Source: Acidobacteriota bacterium
GTDB taxonomy: Bacteria; Acidobacteriota; UBA6911; RPQK01; JAJDTT01
Assembly (NCBI GenBank): GCA_965263035.1
Contig: OZ253580.1
Span: 4,640,001 to 4,704,000, forward strand
Reading direction: 5' to 3'
Length of the DNA stretch: 64,000 nucleotides
Of the stretch, positions 29,872 through 40,490 are shown piece after piece. The notes beneath the pieces were generated by a model. It worked only from the letters and a program-made list of their open reading frames with translations. It ran no database searches and had not been told where the DNA came from. Within the stretch, counting starts at the first letter, position 1; the number at the start of each line of letters is the position of its first letter. The translations under genes were made by a program, and so were the position numbers.

Positions 29872-29977
29872 AGGAGGGGCGATTTCTAATCGCCCGCTGG
29901 GAGGGGCGACTTTCTTGTCGCCCATTCTTCTTTCTCTTTCGTCGATAAAGAAATCGGCGGCAAGAAAGCCGCCGCTC
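29872..29977. repeat. REPIN whose last REP is split by the group II intron
   Basis: Two forward hairpins plus inverted cggcggc-aagaaa-gccgccg-ctc; the missing ctac lies at 30608-30611. Confidence 0.85.
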
Positions 29978-30607
29978 GTGCGCCCGACATGGGCTGTATC
30001 TAAGGGATGAAAGATCCCAAGGGAGGTGATGGGACCAACCCTAGCCGAACCGCAAGGCGTAGCCGCGAGGTGAAGCTGAAGGAAGCGGAAGGCAAACCCA
30101 CGACCGCAGGAACACGAACCGGCAGCGAGGCCGGGTGCGGGCGGTGAGCTGGTGAGCAACAGCGAAACCCGAACCCCATCCAGACGTACCAGGTAGAGCC
30201 GGGCGGCCCGGGGGGAAAGATGCAGCACCTTACTCGGGGAGATCTCAAGGGTGAGAGCCTTTGAGAAGTCAGCAGAGGTCATAGTAGCGAAGAAGCCGGA
30301 TAATGCCGGTGGAGCGAAGGACCGAAGGAGTCGGACTGGCCCTATGGTGGACTCGTCAGCGGGATCGCAACTACCTCCGGAAACGGGGCGGGGGGAGGCC
30401 CCTCGGACCCGGCACGGAAGGCCCAAGGGTGGAACCCGTCAAGCCGGAAGGGCGGAGATCAAGTCCCAGCGGCGGCGAAAACCGGAAAGAAAGGCCCTTT
30501 ACGAGGCTCGAAAGAGCCTCGAGTGACTCCAACCGCCGGATACTGAAAACGGTACGTCCGGTGGTGTGGGAGGGTGCAGGGGCGCAATCCCCTGCACTCG
30601 ACCCGAT
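29978..30607 (+). mobile_element. Group IIC intron ribozyme lacking an RT/maturase ORF (630 nt)
   Basis: 5' GTGCGCCCG; IIC-typical gagaagtcagcagaggtcatagta; DV aaccgccggatac...gtacgtccggtggtg (30531-30566, CGC triad); DVI hairpin; 3' end acccgAT; inserted just after a stem-loop. Confidence 0.9.
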
Positions 30608-31945
30608 CTACCCGGCCTCGGCTTGGGCTCTGGCGATGGCCCGGCCGGTCGCTTCGATCAGTCCGTCGATGTCGGCGTCGGTCATGGGAACCGAGAGCGC
30701 GCACATGCCCAGCGTGTGACCCAGGAAGTAACCCTCTTGCAGCAACGCCAGGAAGGTGGGAGCGATCAGCGAGCCGTCGAGGGCGGCCAGGTCGCGGTAG
30801 TTCCGCAGTTCGCCTTGGCTGAAGTAGATGCTGAAGACGGAGCCGGTGTTGACGGCCTGGGCTACGATCCCTTCGCGGGCAAACAGCTGGTTGAGTCCGT
30901 TGGTGAGCCGGTCCCCCAGCAGGTTCAGATGAGCGCAGGCTTCGGGCGTCAGTTCCTGGAGCATCGCCAAGCCGGCCGCCATGGCCAGGGGATGGGCGCT
31001 GAAAGTACCGCTCTGGGAAAAACCGCTCCCCGGCTTGCTGCTGTCCAGGAGGTCCATCAGGTCGGCCCGCCCCCCGAAGGCCCCGACGGGAAAACCGCCT
31101 CCCACGATCTTCCCGAAGCAGGTCAGGTCGGGATCGATTCCGAATACGGCCTGGAGCCCCCCCGGAGCCGAGCGGAAGGCGACGATCTCGTCGAAGATGA
31201 GCAGGACGCCGTTTTCCCGCGTGATCCGCCGTACTGCCTGCGCGAACTCGGGCCGGATGCGCAGGATCCCGCACTTGGGATCGAAAATGACGCAGGCCAG
31301 TTCGTCCCGGTTCTCCACGATGAGCCGCTCCACCGCCTCTTCGTCGTTGTAGGGCAGGATCAAGACCTCATCGGCCACGCTGGGGGAACTCCCCCCCGCC
31401 CCCGGAACCGAGTTGGGCGCATGGGCCGGACCCGCCTTGGCCAGAGGGGGCGCGACGCTGACTTCCACCGGATCATGACTGCCGTGATAGCCCCCTTCGA
31501 ACTTGGCGATCTTCGTCTTCCCGGAAAACCCGCGGGCCAGCCGAATCGCGTGCAGGGTGGCTTCGGTTCCTGAATTGACGAAGCGGATCCGATCCAGGGA
31601 GTCGACCCTTCGGCACATCTCCTCGGCGATGGGGGCTTCCGTCCCCATGGGAGCGCCCACGGCCAAGCCCCTGGGGATCTGGGCGTAGACGGCCTCCATC
31701 ACTCGAGGATGGTTGTGCCCGAGGACCTGGGCCGTGTGGTGATTGGCGCAGTCCAGGTATTCGTTCCCGTCCACGTCCCAGAGACGGGTGCCCTCTCCCC
31801 GGTCCATGCTGAGGGGATAGGGACGGTAGTAGTAGGCTCCCTTGGCCGGACCCGCCGTGTACTCGCTCCCCCCCTCGTACAGCTCCCGGGAACGAGGCGT
31901 CCGGGCTCGAAAACTCTCCACTATCGTCGCAACGCCCTGAGTCAT
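30608..31945 (-). CDS. Class-III PLP aminotransferase (glutamate-1-semialdehyde aminomutase-like)
   Basis: WDVDGNEYLD, FVNSGTEA, KFEGGYHG, FDEIV, FGKIVGGG. Confidence 0.88.
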   Translation of the reverse strand: MTQGVATIVESFRARTPRSRELYEGGSEYTAGPAKGAYYYRPYPLSMDRGEGTRLWDVDGNEYLDCANHHTAQVLGHNHPRVMEAVYAQIPRGLAVGAPMGTEAPIAEEMCRRVDSLDRIRFVNSGTEATLHAIRLARGFSGKTKIAKFEGGYHGSHDPVEVSVAPPLAKAGPAHAPNSVPGAGGSSPSVADEVLILPYNDEEAVERLIVENRDELACVIFDPKCGILRIRPEFAQAVRRITRENGVLLIFDEIVAFRSAPGGLQAVFGIDPDLTCFGKIVGGGFPVGAFGGRADLMDLLDSSKPGSGFSQSGTFSAHPLAMAAGLAMLQELTPEACAHLNLLGDRLTNGLNQLFAREGIVAQAVNTGSVFSIYFSQGELRNYRDLAALDGSLIAPTFLALLQEGYFLGHTLGMCALSVPMTDADIDGLIEATGRAIARAQAEAG

Positions 31946-31960
31946 GAATTTCTCCTCACT

Positions 31961-32128
31961 CTAGGAGCCTGCGCCGCAGAAATTGATCTACTGCGAAAGC
32001 GGTAGAATCGGTCCATATTTCCCCGATTTCTCGGCGAATAGAACGACTATGCACCTCCAAATCGAGAAAATCCGGCCTCGATTCCCCGCTTTCTCGCTAC
32101 GATTCATTTCTACCGCGCAGACTCCTGG
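31961..32128 (+). mobile_element. MITE copy 2 (CTAG...CTGG flanks)
   Basis: Near-identical to 10425-10591; 15 bp upstream of the aminotransferase start. Confidence 0.92.
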
Positions 32129-32214
32129 TTTTTCAAAACGCCGGAATCACAAACCCGCGAAAGGATAACCCGGCTCCCCCGAGGCTGTCGAACGGCACCC
32201 CTCTTGCAGCGGCG

Positions 32215-33525
32215 TCAGTTCCTCCCCGACTCCCGGCAACCCTTCTGTTCATCCACGCGCCGGAGCAACCAGAGGCCGGCGGCGAAGAAGAAGATCATGG
32301 TCGACATGCCCACCCTCTGGGAGTCGAAATGGCTGGTCAACACTCCCACCAGGAAGGGTCCCAGGAACGCGGTCGCCTTGCCCGAGAAGGCGAAGAGGCC
32401 GTAGAACTCGTTTTCCTTATCCCGGGGGACGAATCGGCCCAGGAGAGACCGGCTGGCGGATTGGTTGGGGCCGGCACAGATGCCGACCAGGATGCAGGCG
32501 CCCCAGAACATGCCGCGGCTGGGGGTCAGGATGGCGACGACGGCGGCGATGATGAGCCCACAGAGGCTGATTTCGATGGTCCGCTTTCCGCCGATCCGGT
32601 CGTCCAGGTGGCCCAGGAAGAAGGCCCCGACGCCGGCCGCCACGTTCAGGGCCAGCCCGAAGATCATCAGTTCCGAGAAGGTGAAGCCGAAGGTCCCGGT
32701 GGCGTAGATGCCTCCGAAGGCGAAGATGGTCACCAAGCCGTCGTTGTACAGCAACCGGGCCAGGAGGAGCTTGGTGATTTCCCGGTAGCGGCGCACGTCG
32801 CGGAGGGCGACCGCCAAATGGTGGAAGGAAGACAACAGCATTCGGGACGACAACGGGGTTCGAGGCTGGACCTCTCGAACCCAGAGCAGCAGGGGCAGGG
32901 TGAAGACGGCGTACCAGGCGGCGACCACGAGGTTCGTGGCCCGAATGTGCGATCCGGCCTCCCGGCTGAAACCGAACCAGGGCGTGGCCGCATCCACGAA
33001 ACCCACGAAAGCCAAGGCCATGGCGGCGAGTCCGCCCGCATAACCCAGGGCCCACCCATACCCGGAGATGCGCCCGATGCGATTCTGGGGAGCGATTTCC
33101 GGAAGCATTGCGTTGTAGAAGACCAAGGACAGTTCGAAAGCGATGTTGGCCAGAGTGAACCAGAGCAGGGCCTGGAAGACCTGGCCCGGGAGGGGCAGGT
33201 AGAGCAGGGCCGTGAAGACGATGCAGGCGACGGTCCAGAGCAGCAGGAAGAACTTTCGGTAGCCGCCCCGATCGGCCACCACTCCCAGAATCGGTGACAG
33301 CAGAGCCACGACCAGAGCGGTTACGGTGACGGCCCGGGACCAGGCCAGGGTCCCCGAGATCGTGTCGGCGGCAATGGCCTGGGTGAAGTAGGACGCGTAG
33401 ATGAAGGTCACCACCAAGGTGGTGAAGGGGGAATTGGCGAAGTCGTAAAAGCACCAGGAAACGACGGCTCGGCGCGAAGCGGGTGCTCCAGCTGCCGGCA
33501 AGCTGCCTGTCGTCTGATCCACCAT
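32215..33525 (-). CDS. MFS transporter (UMF1/ATG22-like)
   Basis: WCFYDFANS, YNAMLP, GRISGYGW, QSASRS, EFYGLFAFSGK; about 12 TM helices. Confidence 0.88.
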   Translation of the reverse strand: MVDQTTGSLPAAGAPASRRAVVSWCFYDFANSPFTTLVVTFIYASYFTQAIAADTISGTLAWSRAVTVTALVVALLSPILGVVADRGGYRKFFLLLWTVACIVFTALLYLPLPGQVFQALLWFTLANIAFELSLVFYNAMLPEIAPQNRIGRISGYGWALGYAGGLAAMALAFVGFVDAATPWFGFSREAGSHIRATNLVVAAWYAVFTLPLLLWVREVQPRTPLSSRMLLSSFHHLAVALRDVRRYREITKLLLARLLYNDGLVTIFAFGGIYATGTFGFTFSELMIFGLALNVAAGVGAFFLGHLDDRIGGKRTIEISLCGLIIAAVVAILTPSRGMFWGACILVGICAGPNQSASRSLLGRFVPRDKENEFYGLFAFSGKATAFLGPFLVGVLTSHFDSQRVGMSTMIFFFAAGLWLLRRVDEQKGCRESGRN

Positions 33526-33599
33526 CGGCCCCCTCCTGATTGCGACCTTGCCTCACCGGTCCGAACCCAGCCGCTATCCTACTTGAGAATTGGAACGCA

Positions 33600-33752
33600 T
33601 GGAGCGGCGACTTTCTTGTCGCCGATTCGGGGGGGGTAGGGGGGCGGTCAGCCCCCCTTCTTTTCCTCTTGCTCCTCTCCCCCCTCCTCAATCCGGAGCG
33701 GGCGACTGGAAATCGCCCCTCCCAGTGGGCGACAAGAAAGTCGCCACTCCCA
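33600..33752. repeat. REP cluster/REPIN
   Basis: ggagcggcgactttcttgtcgccga ... gggcgactggaaatcgcccctccc, ggcgacaagaaagtcgcc. Confidence 0.85.
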
Positions 33753-33846
33753 CTCGTTGCCTGGGCAACCTCTCTTGGCTAAGATGGCTCCCAGCCGTCG
33801 GCAACAGTCATTGCGGCATCCGATCCGGGGATGGCCGCGGGGGATC

Positions 33847-36800
33847 ATGCCAGAACTTCGGTCCGGGATCTGCTTTTGGGGCTGGTGTCTGGCAGTTGCC
33901 CTGCCGGGACTGGCGGCCGGGACAACCGCCCCTTCCGACATCGACTTCAACCGCGACATTCGGCCCATCTTCTCCGAGCAATGCTTCTCCTGCCATGGCC
34001 CCGACCCGGGCCAGCGCCAAGCCTCGCTTCGTCTGGATACCGCCGAAGGGATCGTCTCCGAGCGGGAAGGGAAGGGGCCGGCGGTAGTCCCCGGCAGCGC
34101 CCGGCAGAGCCCCCTCTACCGCAGGATCTCCAGCCCCGATCCCGCCTCCCGCATGCCCCCCGGCTTTCTGGGCCACGAGCCCCTCAGCGACCTCCAGATC
34201 CGCCAGGTCGAGAGCTGGATCGACCAGGGCGCCCGCTGGCAGCCGCACTGGGCCTTCCTCCCGGTCCGCAGGCCGGACACGCCTTTGGTCCGGAAGCGCG
34301 GCTGGGTCCGCAACGGACTCGACGCCTTCGTCCTGCATCGCCTGGAGGAGAACGGTCTCGCACCCTCACCCCAGGCCGCCCCGGAGACGCTGATCCGGCG
34401 GGTGACTCTGGACCTGACGGGTCTGCCGCCCTCGCCTCAGGATCTGGACCGCTTCTTGCGGGATCCTTCGCCGGACGCCTACGAGAAGCTGGTGGACCGC
34501 CTGCTGGGCTCCACCCGGTACGGGGAGCACATGGCGGTTCGCTGGCTGGAAGCGGCCCGCTACGCTGACACCAACGGCTACCAGAGTGACGGCATCCGGC
34601 AGATGTGGCGCTGGCGGGACTGGGTGATCGACGCCTTCAACCGGAACCTCGGTTTCCATCAGTTCACCATCGAGCAACTGGCGGGAGATCTTCTGGCAGG
34701 AGCGACGCGGGATCAGATCGTCGCCACGGGGTTCAACCGGAACCACCGGACCAGCGCCGAAGGGGGCTCCATCGACGAGGAGCTACGGGTCGAGTACGTG
34801 GCCGACCGGGTGGAGACCACCTCGACGGTCTGGATGGGCCTGACGGTGGGGTGCGCCCGCTGTCACGATCACAAGTACGATCCCATCAGCCAGCGGGAGT
34901 ACTACCGTTTCTACTCCTTCTTCAACAACGTCCCGGAACGCGGCTTCGTCTACAACTTCGGCAACGAAGATCCGGTGGTCAAGGCGCCCACGCCGTCGCA
35001 GGAGGCGCGTCTCGACGAGCTGGACGATCAGGTCCGCAAGGCCCGTCTCCGCCTCGAGGAGCTGGACGACGAGCGGAGCAGGGCTCAGCGAGCCTGGGAA
35101 GAGGAAGTCCGGGCACAAGGCCGGGGCGAGGACTGGACCCTGGACCGGGGCCTGTTGGTGCATTTCCCCTTGGACGGCGATTGGTCCGAGACCACGGGGA
35201 ACCTGAAGCGGGTATGGGCAGAGGAGGCCGAGAAGAAGAAGGAGAAACAGAAGGAACAGGCCAAAGAGAAGGCGGTCGAGCCGGAGGAATCGTTGCCCGA
35301 ACCTCCCTTCCTGGACGGTGGCCCGGAGCCGAAACTGGACTTCGCGCCCGGGCGCAAGGGTCAGGCGGGCCGCTTCGACGGGCGGTTCGTCAACGGCGGT
35401 CCCGTCGCCAGCTTCGACTACATGGACCCGTTCACCCTCTCGGCCTGGTTCTATCCCCGGTCCGGCCAGGGGGCCATCCTCTCCAGTGTCGTGGACCGGT
35501 TCCGGGCGCGCGGCTACGGCCTCTACCTGAGGGAAGGGAAGCTGCGCTTCAACTTCACCTACCGTTGGTCGGACCTGGGCATGCGTCTGGAGACGGAGCA
35601 GGTCCTGGAGCGGAACCGCTGGCACCACGTGGTCTTGAGCTACGACGGCAGACGCAACGCGAGCGGGTTCCGGCTCCACCTGAACGGCGTCCTGCAGGAG
35701 CCGGTGGTGCTGTTCGACTACCTGCTCCAGCCCATGGGCCCCAAACGGGATTTCCGGATCGGCGCCGGCGAGGGTCCCGACGACCGCTTCGACGGGTTCA
35801 TCGACGAGGTCCGGATCTACGACCGGGAACTCTCAAACCGGGAAGCGCGGGTGATCGGTCTTTTGGACCCGGTCTCGGAGCTCGCCGCCCTGGCCCCTTC
35901 GGACCGGAGGGTCACCCAGCAGGACAAGCTGGACCTCTGTTTCCTGGAGGGCGGCCACGCACCGGAGGCCGTACGGCAGGCCGTCCAGGAACTGCGGGAG
36001 GCGCAGAAACGGCGCCAGGACCACAACGATTCCATTCCCACCGTGATGGTGATGAAGGAGCGAACCCGTAGGCGGCAGACCTACGTGCTGGACCGCGGCG
36101 CCTACGACGCCCACACCGAACCGGTGAAGCCGGGGGTTCCGGCGGCCCTGGACTCGAAGTTCGAGGCGCCGGTTCCGGACCGCCTGGGCCTGGCGCGGTG
36201 GCTCGTGGACCGGTCCAACCCCTTGACGGCTCGGGTGACGGTGAATCGGCTCTGGCAGAAGCTGTTCGGAGCCGGTCTGGTTCGGACTCCCGAGGACTTC
36301 GGCTCCCAGGGCGATCGGCCCACCCATCCCCGGCTGCTGGACTGGTTGGCCGCGGAGTTCATGAAGAGCGGCTGGGACGTCAAGGGACTGCTCAGAACCG
36401 TGGTGACCAGCGCCACCTACCGCCAATCCTCCCGTCAGTCGCCGGAGCTGTCCGAGCGGGACCCGGAGAACCTGCTGCTGGCGCGGGCGCCCCGTTTTCG
36501 CCTCCCGGCTCAGGCGATCCGGGACCAGGCCCTGGCCGTTTCAGGGCTTCTGGTGGAGCAACTGGGAGGCCCCTCCGTCAAGCCCTACCAGCCCCCCGGT
36601 TTGTGGAAGGAACTGACTTCCCGGAAGGGCGGCTATGAAGCCGACCAGGGCGAGAGCCTCTATCGCAGGAGTCTCTACACCTTCTGGAGACGGACCATCG
36701 CGCCGCCGGCCATGGTGACTTTCGACGCGTCCACTCGAGAGGCCTGCACCGTGCGCACCGACCGGACCAACACGCCGCTTCAGGCCCTGAACCTGATGAA

Positions 36801-37119
36801 CGACGAGACCTATCTGGAGACGTCCCGCCGTCTGGCCGAGCGCATGCTCGAGGAAGGCGGCGCGACGCCCCTGGCTCGTATCGCCTACGGTTTCCGTCTG
36901 GTGACCGCCCGCTGGCCGGGACCGTCGGAGCAGACCACTCTGCTCCAAGCTCTGGAACGGTTCGAGCAGGACTTCGAGACCCGGCCCCAGGAGGCATTGG
37001 ACTACCTGGCTTCAGGGGCGTCGGCCCGGAACGAGAATCTGAACCCGCAAGAATTGGCTTCCTACGCCGGCCTGGCCAGCGTTATCCTGAACCTGGACGA
37101 GGCCATTACCAAGGAGTGA
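33847..37119 (+). CDS. Planctomycete-type cytochrome c + DUF1549 + LamG + DUF1553 protein
   Basis: [63 protein letters not shown]. Confidence 0.9.
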   Translation: MPELRSGICFWGWCLAVALPGLAAGTTAPSDIDFNRDIRPIFSEQCFSCHGPDPGQRQASLRLDTAEGIVSEREGKGPAVVPGSARQSPLYRRISSPDPASRMPPGFLGHEPLSDLQIRQVESWIDQGARWQPHWAFLPVRRPDTPLVRKRGWVRNGLDAFVLHRLEENGLAPSPQAAPETLIRRVTLDLTGLPPSPQDLDRFLRDPSPDAYEKLVDRLLGSTRYGEHMAVRWLEAARYADTNGYQSDGIRQMWRWRDWVIDAFNRNLGFHQFTIEQLAGDLLAGATRDQIVATGFNRNHRTSAEGGSIDEELRVEYVADRVETTSTVWMGLTVGCARCHDHKYDPISQREYYRFYSFFNNVPERGFVYNFGNEDPVVKAPTPSQEARLDELDDQVRKARLRLEELDDERSRAQRAWEEEVRAQGRGEDWTLDRGLLVHFPLDGDWSETTGNLKRVWAEEAEKKKEKQKEQAKEKAVEPEESLPEPPFLDGGPEPKLDFAPGRKGQAGRFDGRFVNGGPVASFDYMDPFTLSAWFYPRSGQGAILSSVVDRFRARGYGLYLREGKLRFNFTYRWSDLGMRLETEQVLERNRWHHVVLSYDGRRNASGFRLHLNGVLQEPVVLFDYLLQPMGPKRDFRIGAGEGPDDRFDGFIDEVRIYDRELSNREARVIGLLDPVSELAALAPSDRRVTQQDKLDLCFLEGGHAPEAVRQAVQELREAQKRRQDHNDSIPTVMVMKERTRRRQTYVLDRGAYDAHTEPVKPGVPAALDSKFEAPVPDRLGLARWLVDRSNPLTARVTVNRLWQKLFGAGLVRTPEDFGSQGDRPTHPRLLDWLAAEFMKSGWDVKGLLRTVVTSATYRQSSRQSPELSERDPENLLLARAPRFRLPAQAIRDQALAVSGLLVEQLGGPSVKPYQPPGLWKELTSRKGGYEADQGESLYRRSLYTFWRRTIAPPAMVTFDASTREACTVRTDRTNTPLQALNLMNDETYLETSRRLAERMLEEGGATPLARIAYGFRLVTARWPGPSEQTTLLQALERFEQDFETRPQEALDYLASGASARNENLNPQELASYAGLASVILNLDEAITKE

Positions 37120-37126
37120 CGCCGAC

Positions 37127-38593
37127 ATGGATCCCTGGAAGCGATATCGACTGATGCAGACCCGGCGCCACTTCTTCGGCGCCACCGCCGCCGGAATCGG
37201 GACCGCCGCCCTGGGATCGCTGCTCCAAGAGGACCTTCAGGCTGCCCGGAGCACCGGAGACGGATCCGCTACGGCTTCTTTTCCCGGACTCGCACCCCTG
37301 CCCCACTTCGCCCCCACGGCCAAGCGGGTGATCTGGCTGTTCCAGTCGGGAGGCCCCTCCCAGATGGACCTGTTCGACTACAAGCCGGCCCTGACCCCCC
37401 GCCGCGGCGAGGAACTGCCCGAATCCATCCGCCAGGGCCAGCGCCTCACCAGCATGACCTCCGAGCAGGGCAGTTTTCCCGTGGCTCCGTCCATCTACGA
37501 GTTCGCCCAACACGGCCAGTCGGGAGCCTGGATCAGCGAACTCCTGCCCCGGACCGCCGAGATCGCCGACGACCTCTGCTTCATCCGGTCCATGCATACC
37601 GAGGCCATCAATCACGATCCGGCCGTCACCTTTCTCCTGACCGGCGCGCAGATCGCGGGGCGGCCCAGTCTGGGCTCCTGGTTGGCCTACGGTCTGGGGA
37701 ACGAGAACAGCAACCTGCCGGCGTTCGTGGTCATGGTCACCCAGGGGACCGGAGGACAGCCGCTCTACGACCGCCTCTGGGGAAGCGGCTTCCTGCCCAG
37801 CCGCTACCAGGGGGTCAAGTTCCGTTCGGTGGGGGATCCGGTCCTCTACCTCTCCGATCCCAAGGGCTTCGGACGGGAGAGCCGGCGGCATTTTCTGGAT
37901 GCCCTGAACCGCATGAACCGGATCAAGCTGGAGGAGTCCGGCGACCCGGAGATCTCGGCCCGGATCTCCCAATACGAAATGGCCTTCCGCATGCAGACCT
38001 CAGTGCCCGAGCTCACCGACCTGTCGGGAGAGCCGGAACACATCTTCCAACTCTACGGCGAGGACGCCCGAAAGCCGGGCACCTTCGCCTCCAACTGTCT
38101 GCTCGCCCGGCGCCTGGCCGAGCGGGGGGTGCGTTTCATCCAGGTCTTCCACCGGGGTTGGGATCAACACGGGAAGCTGCCCACCGCCCTCCCCCGGCAG
38201 TGCAAGGCCACCGACCAGGCCTCGGCCGCGCTGGTGCAGGACCTGAAGCAGAGGGGAATGCTGGAGGACACGCTGGTGGTCTGGGGCGGCGAGTTCGGGA
38301 GAACCGTCTACTGCCAGGGACCGCTGACCGAGTCCGACTACGGCCGCGACCATCATCCCCGGTGCTTCACCATCTGGATGACCGGCGGCGGCGTCCGTCC
38401 GGGCGTGGTCCTGGGGGAGACCGACGAGTTCTCCTACAACATCACCCGGGACCCGGTCCACGTCCACGACCTGCAGGCCACCCTCCTTCACTGCCTGGGC
38501 ATCGACCACACGCGGCTGACCTACAAGTACCAGGGCCGCCACTTCCGGCTCACCGACGTCCACGGCGAGGTGTTGGACCGAATCCTGGTCTAA
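37127..38593 (+). CDS. DUF1501 (sulfatase-like) Tat protein
   Basis: [34 protein letters not shown]. Confidence 0.9.
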   Translation: MDPWKRYRLMQTRRHFFGATAAGIGTAALGSLLQEDLQAARSTGDGSATASFPGLAPLPHFAPTAKRVIWLFQSGGPSQMDLFDYKPALTPRRGEELPESIRQGQRLTSMTSEQGSFPVAPSIYEFAQHGQSGAWISELLPRTAEIADDLCFIRSMHTEAINHDPAVTFLLTGAQIAGRPSLGSWLAYGLGNENSNLPAFVVMVTQGTGGQPLYDRLWGSGFLPSRYQGVKFRSVGDPVLYLSDPKGFGRESRRHFLDALNRMNRIKLEESGDPEISARISQYEMAFRMQTSVPELTDLSGEPEHIFQLYGEDARKPGTFASNCLLARRLAERGVRFIQVFHRGWDQHGKLPTALPRQCKATDQASAALVQDLKQRGMLEDTLVVWGGEFGRTVYCQGPLTESDYGRDHHPRCFTIWMTGGGVRPGVVLGETDEFSYNITRDPVHVHDLQATLLHCLGIDHTRLTYKYQGRHFRLTDVHGEVLDRILV

Positions 38594-38629
38594 CCAACCA
38601 CGGCCCGCCGTCCACGACAAGCTCGAACT

Positions 38630-38700
38630 GGGAGGGGGGACTTGTAGTCCCCCTCTTCATCGCCGACCCGGAATCGGGGGTTACAAACCCCCGCTCCCAC
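38630..38700. repeat. REPIN-like hairpin pair
   Basis: gaggggggacttgtagtccccctc ... cgggggttacaaacccccgctccc. Confidence 0.7.
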
Positions 38701-38844
38701 GCTCAACCGGGAACCCAATTTCCACCTCGGTCCCGCCCAACACCGGGAGGGGCGGTGGTGCGGCGCTGCAGGAACAACTATGGAAGGCGAGCGAGTGTCA
38801 TGTGGAGTGTTACAATCAGGATCACACTTTAAAATCATTCGATA

Positions 38845-39258
38845 GTGATGACGTACTCTTCAGCGCCCCCCGGCGTGTTCCTTAGTTTCGCCATGGAGCA
38901 CAAGCCGCTCGTCGACCTGTTTCGAGATCAGGCGCAAAACGGCCATTTAGGTCTAGTTTTTCATGACTACTCCCTCCAGGAACCCGTGGAAGGTGCGTGG
39001 AAGATTCATGCGGAGCGTCTCATTCGAGCGTCAAGCGTGACGATCTGTCTGATCGGCGAGACTACTTGGCGTAGCGAGCCCGTGAATTGGGAGGTTCGAA
39101 GGAGTGCGGAACTTGGCAGACGTGTTCTGGCTGTCTACCTGCAGTCAAATGCCGCACGGTCTCCGGCGGCGCTTATGGAAATCGGTGTAACACCCATGCC
39201 GTGGGACATCAAGATGATAGTGGCTCACCTGTACGATGAACAACGACAAGTCAGTTGA
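38845..39258 (+). CDS. TIR-like domain protein (MTH538/DUF1863, ThsB-like), intact
   Basis: VFLSF...DYSLQEP...IRASSVTICLIGETTWRSEPVNWEVRRS (conserved Glu). Confidence 0.8.
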   Translation: MMTYSSAPPGVFLSFAMEHKPLVDLFRDQAQNGHLGLVFHDYSLQEPVEGAWKIHAERLIRASSVTICLIGETTWRSEPVNWEVRRSAELGRRVLAVYLQSNAARSPAALMEIGVTPMPWDIKMIVAHLYDEQRQVS

Positions 39259-39752
39259 CGATGAGTTGTTTCGTAACGGCGAACCCGCGCCCGACGACGC
39301 GGAAGCGTTGCTGACGCAGTATCGATTGTTCGTGGAGACGTCCGAAGCGCTTTCCGCGCGGCGTCAAGGTGTAAATACTTTTTTCCTCTCCGTGAACTCT
39401 ATACGTTCTTGCAGCCGCCGGTTTGCTCCTGCGCGATGACAAATTCAGCAACTTGGAGTCCATGGCGCTGGCCTGTCTGAGTTGCGGCGGCGCTGTGCTG
39501 AGTTTCGTCTGGTGGCGATTGATTTCTTCCTTCCAACAACTGAGCCAAGGCAAGTTCGCCGTAATCCATGCGCTTGAGCGACGATTGCCTGCTCGAATAT
39601 TCGCTGCGGAGTGGGTTGCCCTCGGATCCGGAAAGGATCCAAAGAAGTACAAGCCGTTCACCACAATAGAAAAGGCTACGCCATGGGTCTTTGGTTTGCT
39701 TCACAGTCTCCTTGTCATTGCGGGTATCTACATGCTTGGTAGGTGCGATTAG
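39236..39752 (+). pseudogene. Small membrane effector (SLATT-like / RipA-type octameric membrane protein family) with +1 frameshift near 39401-39404
   Basis: LLTQYRLFVETSEALSARRQGVNTFFLSVNS joins VLAAAGLL...WWRLISSFQQLSQGKFAVIHALERRLP..F..EW..LG.GKD...Y..FT.IE if one base is removed from tct-atac-gtt. Confidence 0.72.
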
Positions 39753-39754
39753 CA

Positions 39755-40349
39755 ATGAGTACACATCGAATCCATATCTTCATCAGCCACTCGTGGGCAT
39801 ACTCGAACCACTACACTAAACTGCGTGAGTGGATCTTCGAAGAAAACTGGCGGGTTGGCCAAGCGTCACTAACTTTCCTAGGAGTCTGCGCGGTAGAAAT
39901 GATCGTAGCGAGAAAGTGGGGAATCGAGGCCAGATTTTCTCGATTGTGAGGTGCATAGTTGTTCTATTCGCCGAGAAATCGGGGAAATATGGACCGATTC
40001 TACCGCTTTCGCAGTAGATCAATTTCTGCGGCGCAGGCTCCTAGATTACTCTGTTCCCAAGGATGATCCGATCCACAATGCCCCCTCGGCTCGTGACCTC
40101 AGGGACGCAATTTACAGGAAGATCGTCCGCAGCCGCGTGGTCGTCATCCCAACCGGAATGTACGTGAACTACAGCAAGTGGATCCAAAAGGAGATCGACG
40201 GCGCGAAGCAGAAAGAGAAACCGATTCTTGGCGTAAACCCATGGGGACAACAGAGAGTCTCACGCATCGTGGCGGATGCTGCGGACAAGTTGGTCGGGTG
40301 GAGGAAGAAGAGTGTCGTTGACGGGATTTGGAATCTATACCGGAGATGA
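39755..40349 (+). pseudogene. Second TIR-like (DUF1863) gene interrupted by a MITE
   Basis: HIFISHSWAY...SLTFL | DYSVPKDDPIH...TGMYVNYSKWIQKEID...KPILGVNPWG. Removing 163 bp restores TTC CTA GAT TAC. Confidence 0.85.
39878..40044 (-). mobile_element. MITE copy 3, inverted, CTAG flanks
   Basis: Reverse complement of copy 1; empty site reconstructable from the TIR reading frame. Confidence 0.93.
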
Positions 40350-40490
40350 ATGTCAATTGAGCGCAAACTGGACTTTCTCCATTCTTCTGGAGGCTCAGGA
40401 GAGATTTGAACGAGGATTGCGACGAGGCGGTCCAATCCCGGCGGCGCGGCCAAACAACAGCTGCTTGAGCCCATCCGCAATGGCATAGAC

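Noticed and set aside
29680-30526. ORFs 29680-30426, 30000-30248 and 30251-30526 as an intron-encoded protein
   Set aside because: No RT motifs (no YADD, no PQG); they are translations of ribozyme and REP sequence.
39951-40349. MITE-initiated ORF rescuing TIR2
   Set aside because: It lacks the first strand (IFISHSW) of the TIR fold and has no well-spaced RBS, so it is unlikely to be functional.
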